The notes under the pieces were generated by a model. That model had not been told where the DNA came from and ran no database searches. It saw only the letters and a list, made by a program, of their open reading frames with translations. Below are positions 42,692 to 58,395 of a DNA stretch of 64,000 nt, one piece after another. A program made the translations under genes and the position numbers. Every line of letters starts with the position of its first letter. The stretch's first letter is position 1. This stretch comes from Eledone cirrhosa (lineage: Eukaryota), in contig OZ024740.1 of NCBI GenBank assembly GCA_964016885.1, forward strand, positions 388,988,001 to 389,052,000. Direction: 5' to 3'.

Positions 42692-45600
42692 GAGAAAGAG
42701 AGAGAGAGCGAGAGAGAAAGAGAGCGAGAGAGAGATAGAGAGAGAGAGAGATACTTGGTACAGTTAGGTATATTTGAAAAAAGAAAAGAATTACTTTACT
42801 TGTAGTTTGTATTCTATACGAATTTAATTTTTTAATTTTACTATTTAATTATTTCATAATTTGGTATGTAGATCTAATAAGCCCTTTGTTAACTTCGGTG
42901 GAAAGCTTTTTTTTTTTATCCTGGTTAACTTTCTGGAAAATTTTCTCGCATTCGTCGGTGGCGATTGTCAAACTGATCAAAAGTTGCAATGTGTTGCTGT
43001 ATATATAAGGAATGTGGGTATAATCAATATTGCTTTACCATAACATAGAGGTGAGACTATATACAATAGAAAATAATAACCTAAGTAAACATGAAAGTAC
43101 AACCGAAGTCCCACTATCATCGCCTCCATCTCTCTCGTCACCCCACGCCCCGCCCATCTCTCCGTACGGTGAGCAAATGGGGTCCCACGTGCTGGCCTCC
43201 CCACAGCCCCGGCGGATAGAATGGAGAAGGCGTTTCCCCGGAGGATGATAGGTAAGATGCGCTGGAAGAGCCATTCCAACTCGCGTGGCTCACACGTGCG
43301 ACTGGCCAGCTCAGCGCTTATGGTGTTTAGTAGGGAGGTAGCCCTAGGGCCAAGGACACCAGAAGTCTCCATTGCCAAGGGCACGACGGGAAGTGTTAAT
43401 GAGAAGAAAAGTAAAGGAGTGTTGATGAAAATAAAAGTAAAGGAATTTTTAAAAAATAGAAAAAAATAATAACAAAGAGCAAATCTGTCTACCGGGGCCG
43501 TGGGGCGACCATGGCGTGGGACCCAATTTTCTCTTAATAGTAAGAGAGGGGGAGCGCGAGAAAGAAGGAAGCGTTGACAGTGGGAGTTCGGCTCCTTCGT
43601 ATTCGGACCTGGTGTACGTATGTTTACTTCTATTAAGTGAATAACTGATTGTATATAGAAGATTGATTGGGAGTGGAGGTCTATATATAGATATATATAT
43701 AGAGAGAGAGGGGGGAGAGAGAGAGAGAGGGGGAGAGAGAGTGTGTTTGTTTATCAAGTTACAGGGAATACTACTAGTGTATGGAACATATAAACTAAGA
43801 AAGGTGAAGTAGATACATTATAATTAAAATGAAACAACCCACCTTTATAACTATACTAGCATTAAAGCCCGGCGTTGATCGGGGTCATTAAGTTACCAAA
43901 GTTAGGTTGCACCACCCATTTTATGGCAGCACTTTTTTGTCTGCCAGGCACTGGGTGAATGAATTGCAGACCTGGAGGCAGGAGCTGTGCCAGCAGTGAC
44001 AATTGTAGTTTCGCCTATGGATATTATCTCTGTGCAAAAAAGTGTTGAAATTTATTGTTTCACAGTACTTGCGCAACACGCGCGTAGACGATGCCAACCG
44101 AACAACAGAGCTGCCATGGAGTTGTTCTGCATGGTTGTCTGTGTATTTTCTAAATTTAAGACAGTGGGGAGGGTTGTCATATGAGGGAGAGTTAGCTGTT
44201 GTTTCTAGCAGGTTTAGTGACCTCATAGAGGATATGTGTTTTCTAAATTTAAGACAGTAGGGAGTGGTGTGATATGGAGGAGAGTTAGCTGCTGTTTCTA
44301 GCAGGTTTAGTGACCTCATAGAAGATATGTTTTCTAAATTTAAGACAGTAGGGATGGGTGTGATATGGGGGAGAGTTAGCTGCTGTTTCTAGCAGGTTTA
44401 GTGACCTCATAGAGGATATTATTGTTTATCATCATAATCTATAAAGCTCAGTGTGTGGACATGCTCCTTCGTTATAGAAATCTACGATATAGAATTTCTT
44501 CAATTGAAATTTACAATTCAGTATTCGAAATAGCTTCGATTGCGTCTTGACGCAGATAATTTTTTCAATTTCACCCACATTACGCAAAAAATAGATAAAA
44601 CTCAATATTTTACGATTTTCTCTGTCATTTAAACTGCTAAACTCTTTCTACTACTATTCAAAATCTATACAACTTCATACTTTCTGCTACTTTCTCTTTC
44701 CAAGCTTGATGGTGATACTATCCGTTCACACCACTCCCTACTGTCTTAAATTTAGAAAACACATATCCTCTATGAGGTTACTAAACCTGCTAGAAACAGC
44801 AGCTAACTCTCCCCCATATCACACCCATCCCTACTATCTTAAATTTAGAAAACATCTTCTATGAGGTCACTAAACCTGCTAGAAACAGCAGCTAACTCTC
44901 CCCCATATCACACCACTCCCTACTGTCTTAAATTTAGAAAACTCATATCCTCTATGAGGTCACTAAACCTGCTAGAAACAACAGCTAACTCTCCATCATA
45001 TCACAACCCTCCCTACTGTCTTAAATTTAGAAAACACACAGACAACCATGCAGAACAACTCCATCGCAGCTCTGTTGTTCGGCTGGCATCGTCTACGCGC
45101 GTGTTGCGCAAGTACTGTGAAACAATAAATTTCAACACTTTTTTGCACAGAGATAATATCCATAGGCGAAACTACAATTGTCACTGCTGGCGCAGCTCAT
45201 GCTTCCAGGTCTGCAATTCATTCACCCAGTGCCTGGCAGACAAAAAAGTGCTGCCATAAAATGGGTGGTGCAACCTAACTTTGGTAACTTAATGACCCGA
45301 GCAACGCCGGGCTTTAATGCTAGTTATCTATATAAGGCAGATTGTTGTTGTTGTTGTTGAAGTGAGTGTGTGTTTGTATGCGTTTGGAAAAGAGGTTTTA
45401 AAAAAGATTTATCGCCTGTTGTTGAATAAATGTATCTGTTGCTTTGAATAATTGCCGTTTCGTATGAAATGTAATAATTTGAAGTATAAAAGAGAAAGTA
45501 GCAAAATGTGTGGGTCGTAGATAGAGGGAAGGAGATGATATGATAGAGTAAAACGGACAGTATCACCATCAAGCTTGGAAAGAGAAAGTAGCAGAAAGTA

Positions 45601-46079
45601 TGAAGTTGTATAGATTTTGAATGGTAGTGGAAAGAGTTTAGCAGTTTAAATGACAGAGGAAAATCGTAAAATATTGAGTTTTATCTATTTTTGGCATAAT
45701 TGTGGGTGAAATTGAAAAAATGAGATGTGCCAAGACGCAATCGAAACTATTTCGAATACTGAATTGTAAATTTCAATTGAAGAAATTCTATATCGTAGAT
45801 TTCTATAAGAAAGGAGCATGACCACACACTGCGCTTTATAGATTATGATATCACACACGTACAAACTCAGAGAGAATGTTTCGCCAGAAAATCAGTATTT
45901 GAAGAGCTCGGGTTTCTTTTTCCTTTGAGCTCATGAATTACAGGGACTAACACGAGTTTCTGACTCCGTTACTTCATTTTGATATATTGCTCCTAACAAC
46001 GGTTTTCTCTCTCTTTGTTTTGTCGAGCACCTTAATTTGAGTGGTTTGGGGCTACCATTTCTAGCGGCTCATCCCACTC

Positions 46080-46116
<37 letters not shown>

Positions 46117-46147
46117 GAGAGAGAGAGAGATAGAGAGAGAGGGAGAG

Positions 46148-46208
<61 letters not shown>

Positions 46209-46390
46209 GTACGAATGTGTATATATATATTATATATATATATGTATGTATGTATGTGTGGACGTGTCTCCCTACATACACATGTACATACATATATAAA
46301 GGTATTTCACCTATCCGGCCTCCTGTCATTTTATTCAATAATACCTACATATGTGTGTGTGTGTGTGAAAGAGAGAGAGAGAGAGAGGGG

Positions 46391-46468
<78 letters not shown>

Positions 46469-49400
46469 CTTGGTACAGTTAGGTATATTTGAAAAAGAAA
46501 AGAATTACTTTACTTGTAGTTTGTATTCTATACGAATTTAATTTTTTAATTTTACTATTTAATTATTTCATAATTTGGTATGTAGATCTAATAAGCCCTT
46601 TGTTAACTTCGGTGGAAAGCTTTTTTTTTTTATCCTGGTTAACTTTCTGGAAAATTTTCTCGCATTCGTCGGTGGCGATTGTCAAACTGATCAAAAGTTG
46701 CAATGTGTTGCTGTATATATAAGGAATGTGGGTATAATCAATATTGCTTTACCATAACATAGAGGTGAGACTATATACAATAGAAAATAATAACCTAAGT
46801 AAACATGAAAGTACAACCGAAGTCCCACTATCATCGCCTCCATCTCTCTCGTCATCCCCCCCCCCCCGCCCATCTCTCCGTATGGTGAGCAAATGGGGTC
46901 CCACGTGCTGGCCTCCCCACAGCCCCGGCGGATAGAATGGAGAAGGCGTTTCCCCGGAGGATGATAGGTAAGATGCGCTGGAAGAGCCATTCCAACTCGC
47001 GTGGCTCACACGAGCGACTGGTCAGCTCAGCGCTTATGGTGTTGAGTAGGGAGGTAGCCCTAGGCCAAGGACACCAGAAGTCTCCATTGCCAAGGGCACG
47101 ACGGGAAGTGTTAATGAGAAGAAAAGTAAAGGAGTGTTGATGAAAATAAAAGTAAAGGAATTTTTAAAAATAGAAAAAAATAATAACAAAGAGCAAATCT
47201 GTCTACCGGGGCCGTGGGGCGACCATGGCGTGGGACCCCATTTGCTCTTAATAGTAAGAGAGGGGGAGCGCGAGAAAGAAGGAAGCGTTGACAGTGGGAG
47301 TTCGGCTCCTTCGTATTCGGACCTGGTGTACGTATGTTTACTTCTATTAAGTGAATAACTGATTGTATATAGAAGATTGATTGGGAGTGGAGGTCTATAT
47401 ATAGATATATATAGAGAGAGAGAGGGGGAGAGAGAGAGGGGGAGAGAGAGAGTGTGTTTGTTTATCAAGTTACAGGGAATACTACTAGTGTATGGAACAT
47501 ATAAACTAAGAAAGGTGAAGTAGATACATTATAATTAAAATGAAACAACCCACCTTTATAACTATACTAGCATTAAAGCCCGGCGTTATTCGGGGTCATT
47601 AAGTTACCAAAGTTAGGTTGCACCACCCATTTTATGGCAGCACTTTTTTGTCTGCCAGGCACTGGGTGAATGAATTGCAGACCTGGAGGCAGGAGCTGTG
47701 CCAGCAGTGACAATTGTAGTTTCGCCTATGGATATTATCTCTGTGCAAAAAAGTGTTGAAATTTATTGTTTCACAGTACTTGCGCAACACGCGCGTAGAC
47801 GATGCCAGCCGAACAACAGAGCTGCCATGGAGTTGTTCTGCATGGTTGTCTGTGTGTTTTCTAAATTTAAGACAGTGGGGAGGGTTGTCATATGAGGGAG
47901 AGTTAGCTGTTGTTTCTAGCAGGTTTAGTGACCTCATAGAGGATATGTGTTTTCTAAATTTAAGACAGTAGGGAGTGGTGTGATATGAAGAGAGTTAGCT
48001 GCTGTTTCTAGCAGGTTTAGTGACCTCATAGAAGATGTTTTCTAAATTTAACACAGTAGGGATGGGTGTGATATGGGGGAGAGTTAGCTGCTGTTTGTAG
48101 CAGGTTTAGTAACCTCATAGAGGATATGTGTTTTCTAAATTTAAGACAGTAGGGAGTGTTGTGATATGGAGGAGGGTTAGCTGCTGTTTCTAGCAGGTTT
48201 AGTGACCTCATAGAGGATATTATTGTTTATCATCATAATCTATAAAGCTCAGTGTGTGGACATGCTCCTTCGTTATAGAAATCTACGATATAGAATTTCT
48301 TTAATTGAAATTTACAATTCAGAGTTCGAAAAAGCTTCGATTGCGTCTTGACGCAGATAATTTTTTCAATTTCACCCACATTACGCAAAAAATAGATAAA
48401 ACTCAATATTTTACGATTTTTCGCTGTCATTTAAACTGCTAAACTCTTTCTACTACTATTCAAAATCTATACAACTTCATACTTCTGCTACTTTCTCTTT
48501 CCAAGCTTCATGGTGATACTGTCCGTTCACACCACTCCCTACTGTCTTAAATTTAGAAAACACATATCCTCTATGAGGTTACTAAACCTGCTAGAAACAG
48601 CAGCTAACTCTCCCCCATATCACACCCCTCCCTACTGTCTAAAATTTAGAAACATATCTTCTATGAGGTCACTAAACCTGCTAGAAACAGCAGCTAACTC
48701 TCCCCCATATCACACCACTCCCTACTGTCTTAAATTTAGAAAACTCATATCCTCTATGAGGTCACTAAACCTGCTAGAAACAACAGCTAACTCTCCATCA
48801 TATCACAACCCGCCCTACTGTCTTAAATTTAGAAAACACACAGACAACCATGCAGAACAACTCCATCGCAGCTCTGTTGTTCGGCTGGCATCGTCTACGC
48901 GCGTGTTGCGCAAGTACTGTGAAACAATAAATGTCAACACTTTTTTGCACAGAGATAATATCTATAGGCGAAACTACAATTGTCACTGCTGGCGCAGCTC
49001 ATGCTTCCAGGTCTGCAATTCATTCACCCAGTGCCTGGCAGACAAAAAAAGTGCTGCCATAAAATGGGTGGTGCAACCTAACTTTGGTAACTAATGACCC
49101 GAGCAACGCCGGGCTTTAATGCTAGTTATCTATATAAGGCAGATTGTTGTTGTTGTTGTTGAAGTGAGTGTGTGTTTGTATGCGTTTGGAAAAGAGGTTT
49201 TAAAAAAGATTTATCGCCTGTTGTTGAATAAATGTATCTGTTGCTTTGAATAATTGCCGTTTCGTATGAAATGTAATAATTTGAAGTATAAAAGAGAAAG
49301 TAGCAAAATGTGTGGGTTGTAGATAGAGGGAAGGAGATGATATGATAGAGTAAAACGGACAGTATCACCATCAAGCTTGGAAAGAGAAAGTAGCAGAAAG

Positions 49401-49760
49401 TATGAAGTTGTATAGATTTTGAATGGTAGTGGAAAGAGTTTAGCAGTTTAAATGACAGAGGAAAATCGTAAAATATTGAGTTTTATCTATTTTTGGCATA
49501 ATTGTGGGTGAAATTGAAAAAATGAGATGTGCCAAGACGCAATCGAAACTATTTCGAATACTGAATTGTAAATTTCAATTGAAGAAATTCTATATCGTAG
49601 ATTTCTATAATAAAGGAGCATGACCACACACTGAGCTTTATAGATTATGATATCACACACGTACAAACTCAGAGAGAATGTTTCGCCAGAAAATCAGTAT
49701 TTGAAGAGCTCGGGTTTCTTTTTCCTTTGAGCTCATGAATTACAGGGACTAACACGAGTT

Positions 49761-49960
49761 NNNNNNNNNNNNNNNNNNNNNNNNNNNNNNNNNNNNNNNN
49801 NNNNNNNNNNNNNNNNNNNNNNNNNNNNNNNNNNNNNNNNNNNNNNNNNNNNNNNNNNNNNNNNNNNNNNNNNNNNNNNNNNNNNNNNNNNNNNNNNNNN
49901 NNNNNNNNNNNNNNNNNNNNNNNNNNNNNNNNNNNNNNNNNNNNNNNNNNNNNNNNNNNN
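49761..49960. other. Assembly gap (200 N)
   Basis: Run of n. Confidence 1.
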
Positions 49961-50148
49961 GACACGGTTAACGATACATTTCTCTATGTTCATATTTTAA
50001 TGACACATATCTGTAAATAAAACTTGCTCTTTTTGAATACCGTCTCATTTTTTTTTATTGAAAGAGTTGATCAAGTAAAATTATCCTCCAAGTTAAACAT
50101 ACAACACGGAAATTGACCATTAACATTGCAGCCCTACCAAGACTGACA

Positions 50149-50178
50149 CCGTCCAATGGACGGGGGTCATTTGCTAGT
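50149..50178 (+). mobile_element. Helitron-like 3' terminus
   Basis: CCGTCC aat GGACGG hairpin, then CTAG|T at 50174-50178. Confidence 0.55.
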
Positions 50179-50191
50179 ATATATATAATAT

Positions 50192-50271
<80 letters not shown>

Positions 50272-50277
50272 TATATA

Positions 50278-50371
<94 letters not shown>

Positions 50372-50384
50372 GTATATATATATG

Positions 50385-50426
<42 letters not shown>

Positions 50427-50865
50427 TATAATATATATATATAATATATATATAAATATATAATATATATGTATTTATATATATATATAATATATATATA
50501 TATATAATATGTATATAATATATATATATATAATATATATATATATAATATATATATATATAATATATATATATATATAATATATATATGTATATAATAT
50601 ATATATATATAATATATATATAATAATATATATATATATATAATATATATATATAATATATATATATAATATATAATATATATAATATATATATATATAT
50701 TATATACATATATATATATAATATATATATTACATATATAATATATATATATAATATATATATACATAAATAATATATATATAATATATATATATATAAT
50801 ATATATATATATAATATATATATATATGTATATATAATATATATATGATAATATATATATATATA

Positions 50866-51015
<150 letters not shown>

Positions 51016-51085
51016 GTATATAATATATAATATATATATATATATGTATATAATATATATATATAATATATATATATATGTATAT

Positions 51086-51151
<66 letters not shown>

Positions 51152-51671
51152 CTCCCTATCGGTTGAGATTAAATTTGGCGATATATGGCTGCGCTTTCTA
51201 GCAGCATGCCTACCCGCCGTAAGCGACCAATCACACGCTTTCTCTCTGGCTGGTACACAGCTACATAGCGATCTTAGCCATTTTTTAATCTAAATTTGCG
51301 GGGTCTGTCCGAGAAATGATAATCCTGACTCGGGACAGTCCATATTATTTGGATCTCCTAAACAAGGAAGAAACCATGGTCGAGATATAATTACGGTATG
51401 TGCGCATTTCTTCTAAGTTTAATTTTACTACTAATTACGTGCGGTTGACGATATGTTTGATCGGATTCTGCATGCTGCCGAAGTGTCTGATAAATAATGG
51501 AACGGAGTTAACGTGAACTGGCTGCGATCAATTGTTTGTCGGAGATTTCCCCAGTTAGAAAATTTACTCTTAAAGCTTGCTGGATTTGATTATGTATATG
51601 GTTAATTATGCTGATTAGAGGAAGAAATAGTATATATTTTAATATCTGATTGATTCTACAGACACGTTTTA

Positions 51672-51742
<71 letters not shown>

Positions 51743-52174
51743 GTATATATATAGATATATATATAATTATATATGTATATATATATGTATTTAATATATA
51801 TATATATAATATATATGTATATATAATATATATAATATATATATATAATATATATAATATATATATATATGTATATATATGTATATAATATATATATATA
51901 TGTATATTATATATATATAATATATATATCTAAGGCCGGTAAAATTCCCGAGATGTATATAATATATAATATATCTATATATATATATATATAATATATA
52001 TAATATATATTTATAATATATATAATATATATATATATATATAATATATATAATATATATAATATATATTTATAATATATATAATATATATATATAATAT
52101 CTATAATATATTGAAATATGTATATAATATATATCTATGTATATATAATATATAGATATATGTATATAATATAT

Positions 52175-52227
<53 letters not shown>

Positions 52228-52347
52228 TATATATATATAATATATATATATAATATATATATATAATATAATATATATAAATATATAATATATATGTATT
52301 TATATATATATAAAATATATATATTATATATATAATATGTATATAAT

Positions 52348-52381
<34 letters not shown>

Positions 52382-52724
52382 ATATATATATATATAATAT
52401 ATATATATATATAATATATATATGTATATAATATATATATATATAATATATATATATAATATATATATATATAATATATATATATAATACATATAATATA
52501 TAATATATATAATATATATATATATATTATATACATATATATATATAATATATATATACATATATAATATATATATATAATATATATATACATATATAAT
52601 ATATATATATAATATATATATATATAATATATATATATATGTATTTATAATATATATATAATATATATATATATAATATATATATATATGTATATATAAT
52701 ATATATATATAATATATATATATA

Positions 52725-52770
<46 letters not shown>

Positions 52771-52784
52771 TATATAATATATAT

Positions 52785-52851
<67 letters not shown>

Positions 52852-53321
52852 ATATAATATGTATATAATATATATAATATATATATATGTATATAATATA
52901 TATATATAATATATATATATATGTATATAATATATATATATATATATATATGGTATATAGTATATATATAGATATATATAATATATATATGTGTATATAT
53001 ATGTATATAATATATATGTATATATAAATATATATAATATATATATATAATATATATAATATATATATGTATATATATGTATATAATATATATATATATG
53101 TATATTATATATATATAATATATATATCTAAAGCCGGTAAAATTCCCGAGATGTATATAATATATAATATATCTATATATATATATATAATATATATAAT
53201 ATATATTTATAATATATATAATATATATACATAATATATATAATATATATATATAATATCTATAATATATTGATATATGTATATTATATATATCTATATA
53301 TATATTATATATAGATATATG

Positions 53322-53352
<31 letters not shown>

Positions 53353-53727
53353 TATATATATAATATATATATATATAATATATATATATATAATATATAT
53401 ATATAATATATATATATATATAATATATATATAATATGTATATAATATATATAATATATATATATAATATATATATAATATATATATATATAATATATAT
53501 ATAATATGTATATAATATATATAATATATATATATATAATATATATATCTATATAATGTATATATAATATGTATATAATATATATAATATATATATAATA
53601 TATATATATAATATATACATAATATGTATATAATATATATAATATATATATAATATATATATATATAATATATATATAATATGTATATAATATATATAAT
53701 ATATATATAATATATATATATATAATA

Positions 53728-55094
53728 TGGAGTCTTATTTTTTTTTTTAAATATATATATTTATTTTGTTCCTTTACCGGTTTCGCAGTTCTTCTGCTTT
53801 TCAAAAGGTGAGTTGAGATGGAGGGTCTGTGCTTTTTCTCACATCTGGTTGGTCTCTGAATGTTACTTGTTTTATATGGAAAAAGTGGCTCGAAATGCCA
53901 GGTTTTTCGAGAAGTAATTTGATTGGTTTGTCAATAATTATAATAAATTTCGCGTCAGTTCGCTTTACAATAGTTCTTCAAATAAGAGGGATCGTTGTCA
54001 CAGGTTGTTTTTTCATATATGAGTGTTTGAATTTCTCTTACTCGAAAAAAGCGGCTCACGAAGGCTTTTTTTGGGTTGGTTATAAATGAAATTATGGCTG
54101 TCACGTGAACAAGTTTTCATTAAATTTTCGTGCCCTTATTTGGAAATCCATTCTGTAGCCTTTTTAGAGAATTTTATGATAAGTGAAAGATAATGGTTAA
54201 GAGAAAGGGATGGGAGAATTGTTCTGGTTCAGTGAATATGGTTAGTTCGCTAAGCGCTCGAAAATGTAATGAAAACTTGTTCACGTGACAGCCAAATTTC
54301 ATCTATAACCAATCAAATCACGTTATTAAAAAAAAGCCTCCGTGAGCCACATTTTTTTAAAGTAAAGAAATTCAAACACACACACATACAACACACACAC
54401 GCACACACACACACATACAAGCACACAAATAAACATACATATCTTCACTTCAATAGAAAATCTGAATTCTGACACCCAGCGAACTAACCATATTCACTGA
54501 ACCAGAACAATTCTCCCATCCCTTTCTCTTGACCATTATCTTTCACTTATCATAAAATTCTCTAAAAAGGCTACAGAATGGATTTCCAAATAAGGTCACG
54601 AAAATTTAATGAAAACTTGTTCACGTGACAGCCATAATTTCATTTATAACCAACCAAAAAAAAAGCCTTCGTGAGCCACTTTTTTCAATTAAAAAGAAAT
54701 TCAAAACACTCATATGTGAAATAACAACCTGTGATAACCCCCCCCCCCCCTTATTTGAAGAACTATTGTAACGCGAACTGGCGCGAAATTTATTATAATT
54801 ATTGACAAACGAATCAAATTACTTCTCGAAAAACCTGGCATTTCGTGCCACTTTTTCCATATAAAACAAGTAACATTCAGAGACCAACCAGATGTGAGAA
54901 AAACCACAGACCCTCCATCTCAACTCACCTTTTGAGAAGCAGAAGGACTGCGAAACCGGTAAAGGAACCAAATAAATATATATATTTTTTTAAAATAAGA
55001 CTCCAGTTGCATTTTCGATTTCATCTCTTTTTCTTTATACTTTCACTCGTGTAGGACACCGCGGTTATTTTTCAATTTGTAAAAAAAACCTCAC

Positions 55095-55101
<7 letters not shown>
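53728..55101. mobile_element. Fold-back of the Neptune-type PLE 3' UTR only (no ORF)
   Basis: 53728-54251 is the reverse complement of about 54478-55004; HHRs at 53771-53808 (-) and 54928-54965 (+). Confidence 0.9.
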
Positions 55102-55126
<25 letters not shown>

Positions 55127-55170
55127 GTAATATATATATATATATAATATATATATATTAATATATATAT

Positions 55171-55203
<33 letters not shown>

Positions 55204-55256
55204 ATAATATATATATAATATATATATATAATATATATATAATATATATATATATA

Positions 55257-55288
<32 letters not shown>

Positions 55289-55712
55289 ATATATATATAT
55301 AATATATATATATATAATATATATATAAATAATATATATAATATATATATATATATAATATATATATAAATAATATATATATAATATATATATATAATAT
55401 ATATATAAATATATAATATATATATATATAATTTATATATAATATATATATAATATATATATATATAATATATATATAATATATATATAATATAATATAT
55501 ATATAATATATATATATATATAATATATATATAATATATATATATATATAATATATATATAATATATATATAATTTATATATAATATATATATAATATAT
55601 ATATATATATAATATATATATGATATATATATATATATATATATAATATATATATATATATAATATATATATATATATATTTATATATATAATATATATA
55701 TATATATAATAT

Positions 55713-55908
55713 ATGAACGAGTAGGACCCCGACGGCTGAGCTCAAGCCGTTTCGACGGCTAATTCTTGAGTTCAGAACTAGCCGTCGAAACGGCTTGAGC
55801 TCAGCCGTCGGGGTCCTACTCGTTCCTATTACCCACTCTACTACCCTATGTATTTAGTACGTTGGTGCGTTATGGTCCACCTGGTTCCTTACCACATTTC
55901 CTTCGTTA
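55713..55908 (+). mobile_element. Copy of the ~190-bp hairpin-headed element
   Basis: Hairpin 55715-55825 plus the conserved tail, inside (TA)n. Confidence 0.85.
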
Positions 55909-55967
55909 TATATAATATATATATATATAATATAATATATATATATAATATATATATATATATAATA

Positions 55968-56606
55968 TACGTGGGAAAGTAAATAATCGGAGAATAGACC
56001 GTTAAAACATGTTTATTTTAAAATATCACCTACGTACGTTTCGCCCAGTTGGGCTTCTCAAGGGCATAAATAATCACAAGTGCTCCTTATATAGTTCGAA
56101 AGAGTTTTGGGGGTTAAATCTACATCAAGATTCATTGCTCGCAAAAATATCTTGTTTTGATTTTGCAGCAGGTCAAGGGAGGTAACTCTGGGCCGGTGTT
56201 AGGGCAGTATTTCCCGGATAATTTTTTTTTTTTTTTTTTTTTTTCGCCGCATCGGTTTGTCTGAGGCTGGGTCTGGTGTGCAAGGATTGTTTTCTGGGTG
56301 TTATTTTGCTGCGCCTGCCCGCCGGGGTGTTAAGACTTGTTGCAGGAGATCCAGTGTACTATTTCACTCTTCATTCTTAACCCATCTAAAGAAGGATATT
56401 TTAAGCGATGTGTACAACTTATCGCTGTTTCAGCTCTGCTGTTGATGAGCTCGTGGGGTGCAGTTATGATATGGTAGAGCTCCATGAGGCAAAGATCGCA
56501 TTTCCTCTTGAAGTTGTACGGTGCAGCCCTGCGACAATCTCCCAGTGCAAATAACTATATGTATCACCTATCTCTCCTTTTTCTCTCTTTCTCGATACGT
56601 AAATAC
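55968..56606 (-). mobile_element. Naiad-type PLE 3' end with U3-A8 HHR at about 56025-56067
   Basis: YLHWEIV, then after a frameshift APYNFKRKCDLCLMELYHII...INSRAETAISCTH; TTGAGAA-GCCCA ac TGGGC-GAAA-CGTACG-TA. Confidence 0.8.
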
Positions 56607-57043
56607 TATATATATAATATATATATTTAATATATATATATATATAATATATATATATAATATATATATATATAATATATATATATAATATATATATACA
56701 ATATATATATATATATAATATATATATATAATATATATATATAATATATATATATAATATATATATATATATAATATATATATATATATAATATATATAA
56801 TATATATATATAATATATATATAATTTAGATAATATATATATATAATATATATATATAATATATATATATATAATATATATATATATAATATATTTATAT
56901 ATATAATATATATATATAATATATATATATAATATATATATATAATATATATATATAATATATATATATATATATAATATATATATATAATATATATATA
57001 TATAATATATATATATAATATATATATATATAATATATATATA

Positions 57044-57096
<53 letters not shown>

Positions 57097-57183
57097 TATA
57101 TATATATAATATATATATATAATATATATATATATAATATATATATATAATATATATATATATAATATATATATAATATATAC

Positions 57184-58395
57184 ATGGTATGGTGGGACAG
57201 TAGACTTAAACTTAAACTTAAAGAACAATTAGAAGACCCCTTAACCCTGATAATGTTCTCCCGCTACGTTGATGATATAAACATCGTAGTTAAAACACCC
57301 CCACTAGAGAACAGTCAGGAATTAGAGAAAAACACAATGGAAAGTATCCAGCAAATAGCTAACTCCATCCACCAGAGTATTAGAGTTACTATAGACTATC
57401 CAAGTAAACACCCCAACCATCGATTACCTGTACTAGACACGGAGCTCTGGTTAGATACCATTAATAACAAAAAACAAATCTTCCATTCCCATTATGCCAA
57501 ATCCATGACTTCCAAATATCTGATCCACCGAAACTCAGCTGTTTCGGACTATACCAAAATCAACATACTGATTGCGGATTTGGTACGGGTGAAGAGAAAC
57601 GTGTCCCGCATGTACAACCCCGAAGATCTAGAGAGACACATACAACACTTCTTCCACCGTATGCAGTTCTCTGGTTACAATCAGAGAGATAAAATCAGAG
57701 TGTATAGAGGAGCCAGAACCAAATGGGAAAAAATGGTAAATAATGACACAAATGGGACCTGCCCCTTGTATAGGAGCAAATTTTGGAATAGAATAGAAAG
57801 AACTAGGAATAAGGCTAATAGAATAAACTCATGGTATGATAGCAATAAATACCAGAGTGTAATGTTCATCGACACAACCGCTAGAGGTGAATTAGCTTAC
57901 AAATTTAGAAGGGCCCTAGATAAACATAAACTCAATATTAAGATAGTAGAAAGACCAGGTACCTCCATAAAAACACTTATTAGCAACACATACCCTTTTC
58001 AAAGACACCCCTGTATAGATAAGAAATGTATAACCTGTAAATTAATCCCCCATATTAACTGTAAAACTAGAAATGTAGTATATTGCATAAGATGTACTGA
58101 AGGACAATGTAGAGACAAAAATATAGTGTACATAGGTGAGACAACTCTTAGTATAGGGGAACGGATAAATAAACACTGGCGAGACATTCAAGATAGTAAA
58201 GAATCATCTGTACTCTACCAACATGCTAAAATAGAACATAAGGGTAAATTAGAGAACATAGAAATAAAAATAGAATCTACACACAAAAAAGACGCAATGT
58301 TTAGACAAATCGCAGAGGCAATAATCATAAAAGAATTACAACCAAAATTAAATAGAAAACATGAGTGGAACAACAACATCACAACTTACAATTAA
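57184..58395 (+). CDS. 5'-truncated but uninterrupted PLE RT/thumb + GIY-YIG ORF of a third type (tentatively Nematis-like)
   Basis: RYVDD, DYPSKH..RLPVLD, SGY, PLYR, C..KKC..C...C..NVVYCIRC...YIGET..R...H, EA, LNRKHEW; pseudo-LTR 58396-58795 with a partly decayed HHR at 58596. Confidence 0.9.
   Translation: MVWWDSRLKLKLKEQLEDPLTLIMFSRYVDDINIVVKTPPLENSQELEKNTMESIQQIANSIHQSIRVTIDYPSKHPNHRLPVLDTELWLDTINNKKQIFHSHYAKSMTSKYLIHRNSAVSDYTKINILIADLVRVKRNVSRMYNPEDLERHIQHFFHRMQFSGYNQRDKIRVYRGARTKWEKMVNNDTNGTCPLYRSKFWNRIERTRNKANRINSWYDSNKYQSVMFIDTTARGELAYKFRRALDKHKLNIKIVERPGTSIKTLISNTYPFQRHPCIDKKCITCKLIPHINCKTRNVVYCIRCTEGQCRDKNIVYIGETTLSIGERINKHWRDIQDSKESSVLYQHAKIEHKGKLENIEIKIESTHKKDAMFRQIAEAIIIKELQPKLNRKHEWNNNITTYN

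Larger units (their letters stand above)
38370..49760. repeat. Tandem segmental array, ~3.72-3.80-kb unit, 3 full copies running into an assembly gap
   Basis: Unit starts (atcacacacgta) at 38371, 42129, 45850 and 49652; near-identical ORF translations in each unit. Confidence 0.95.
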
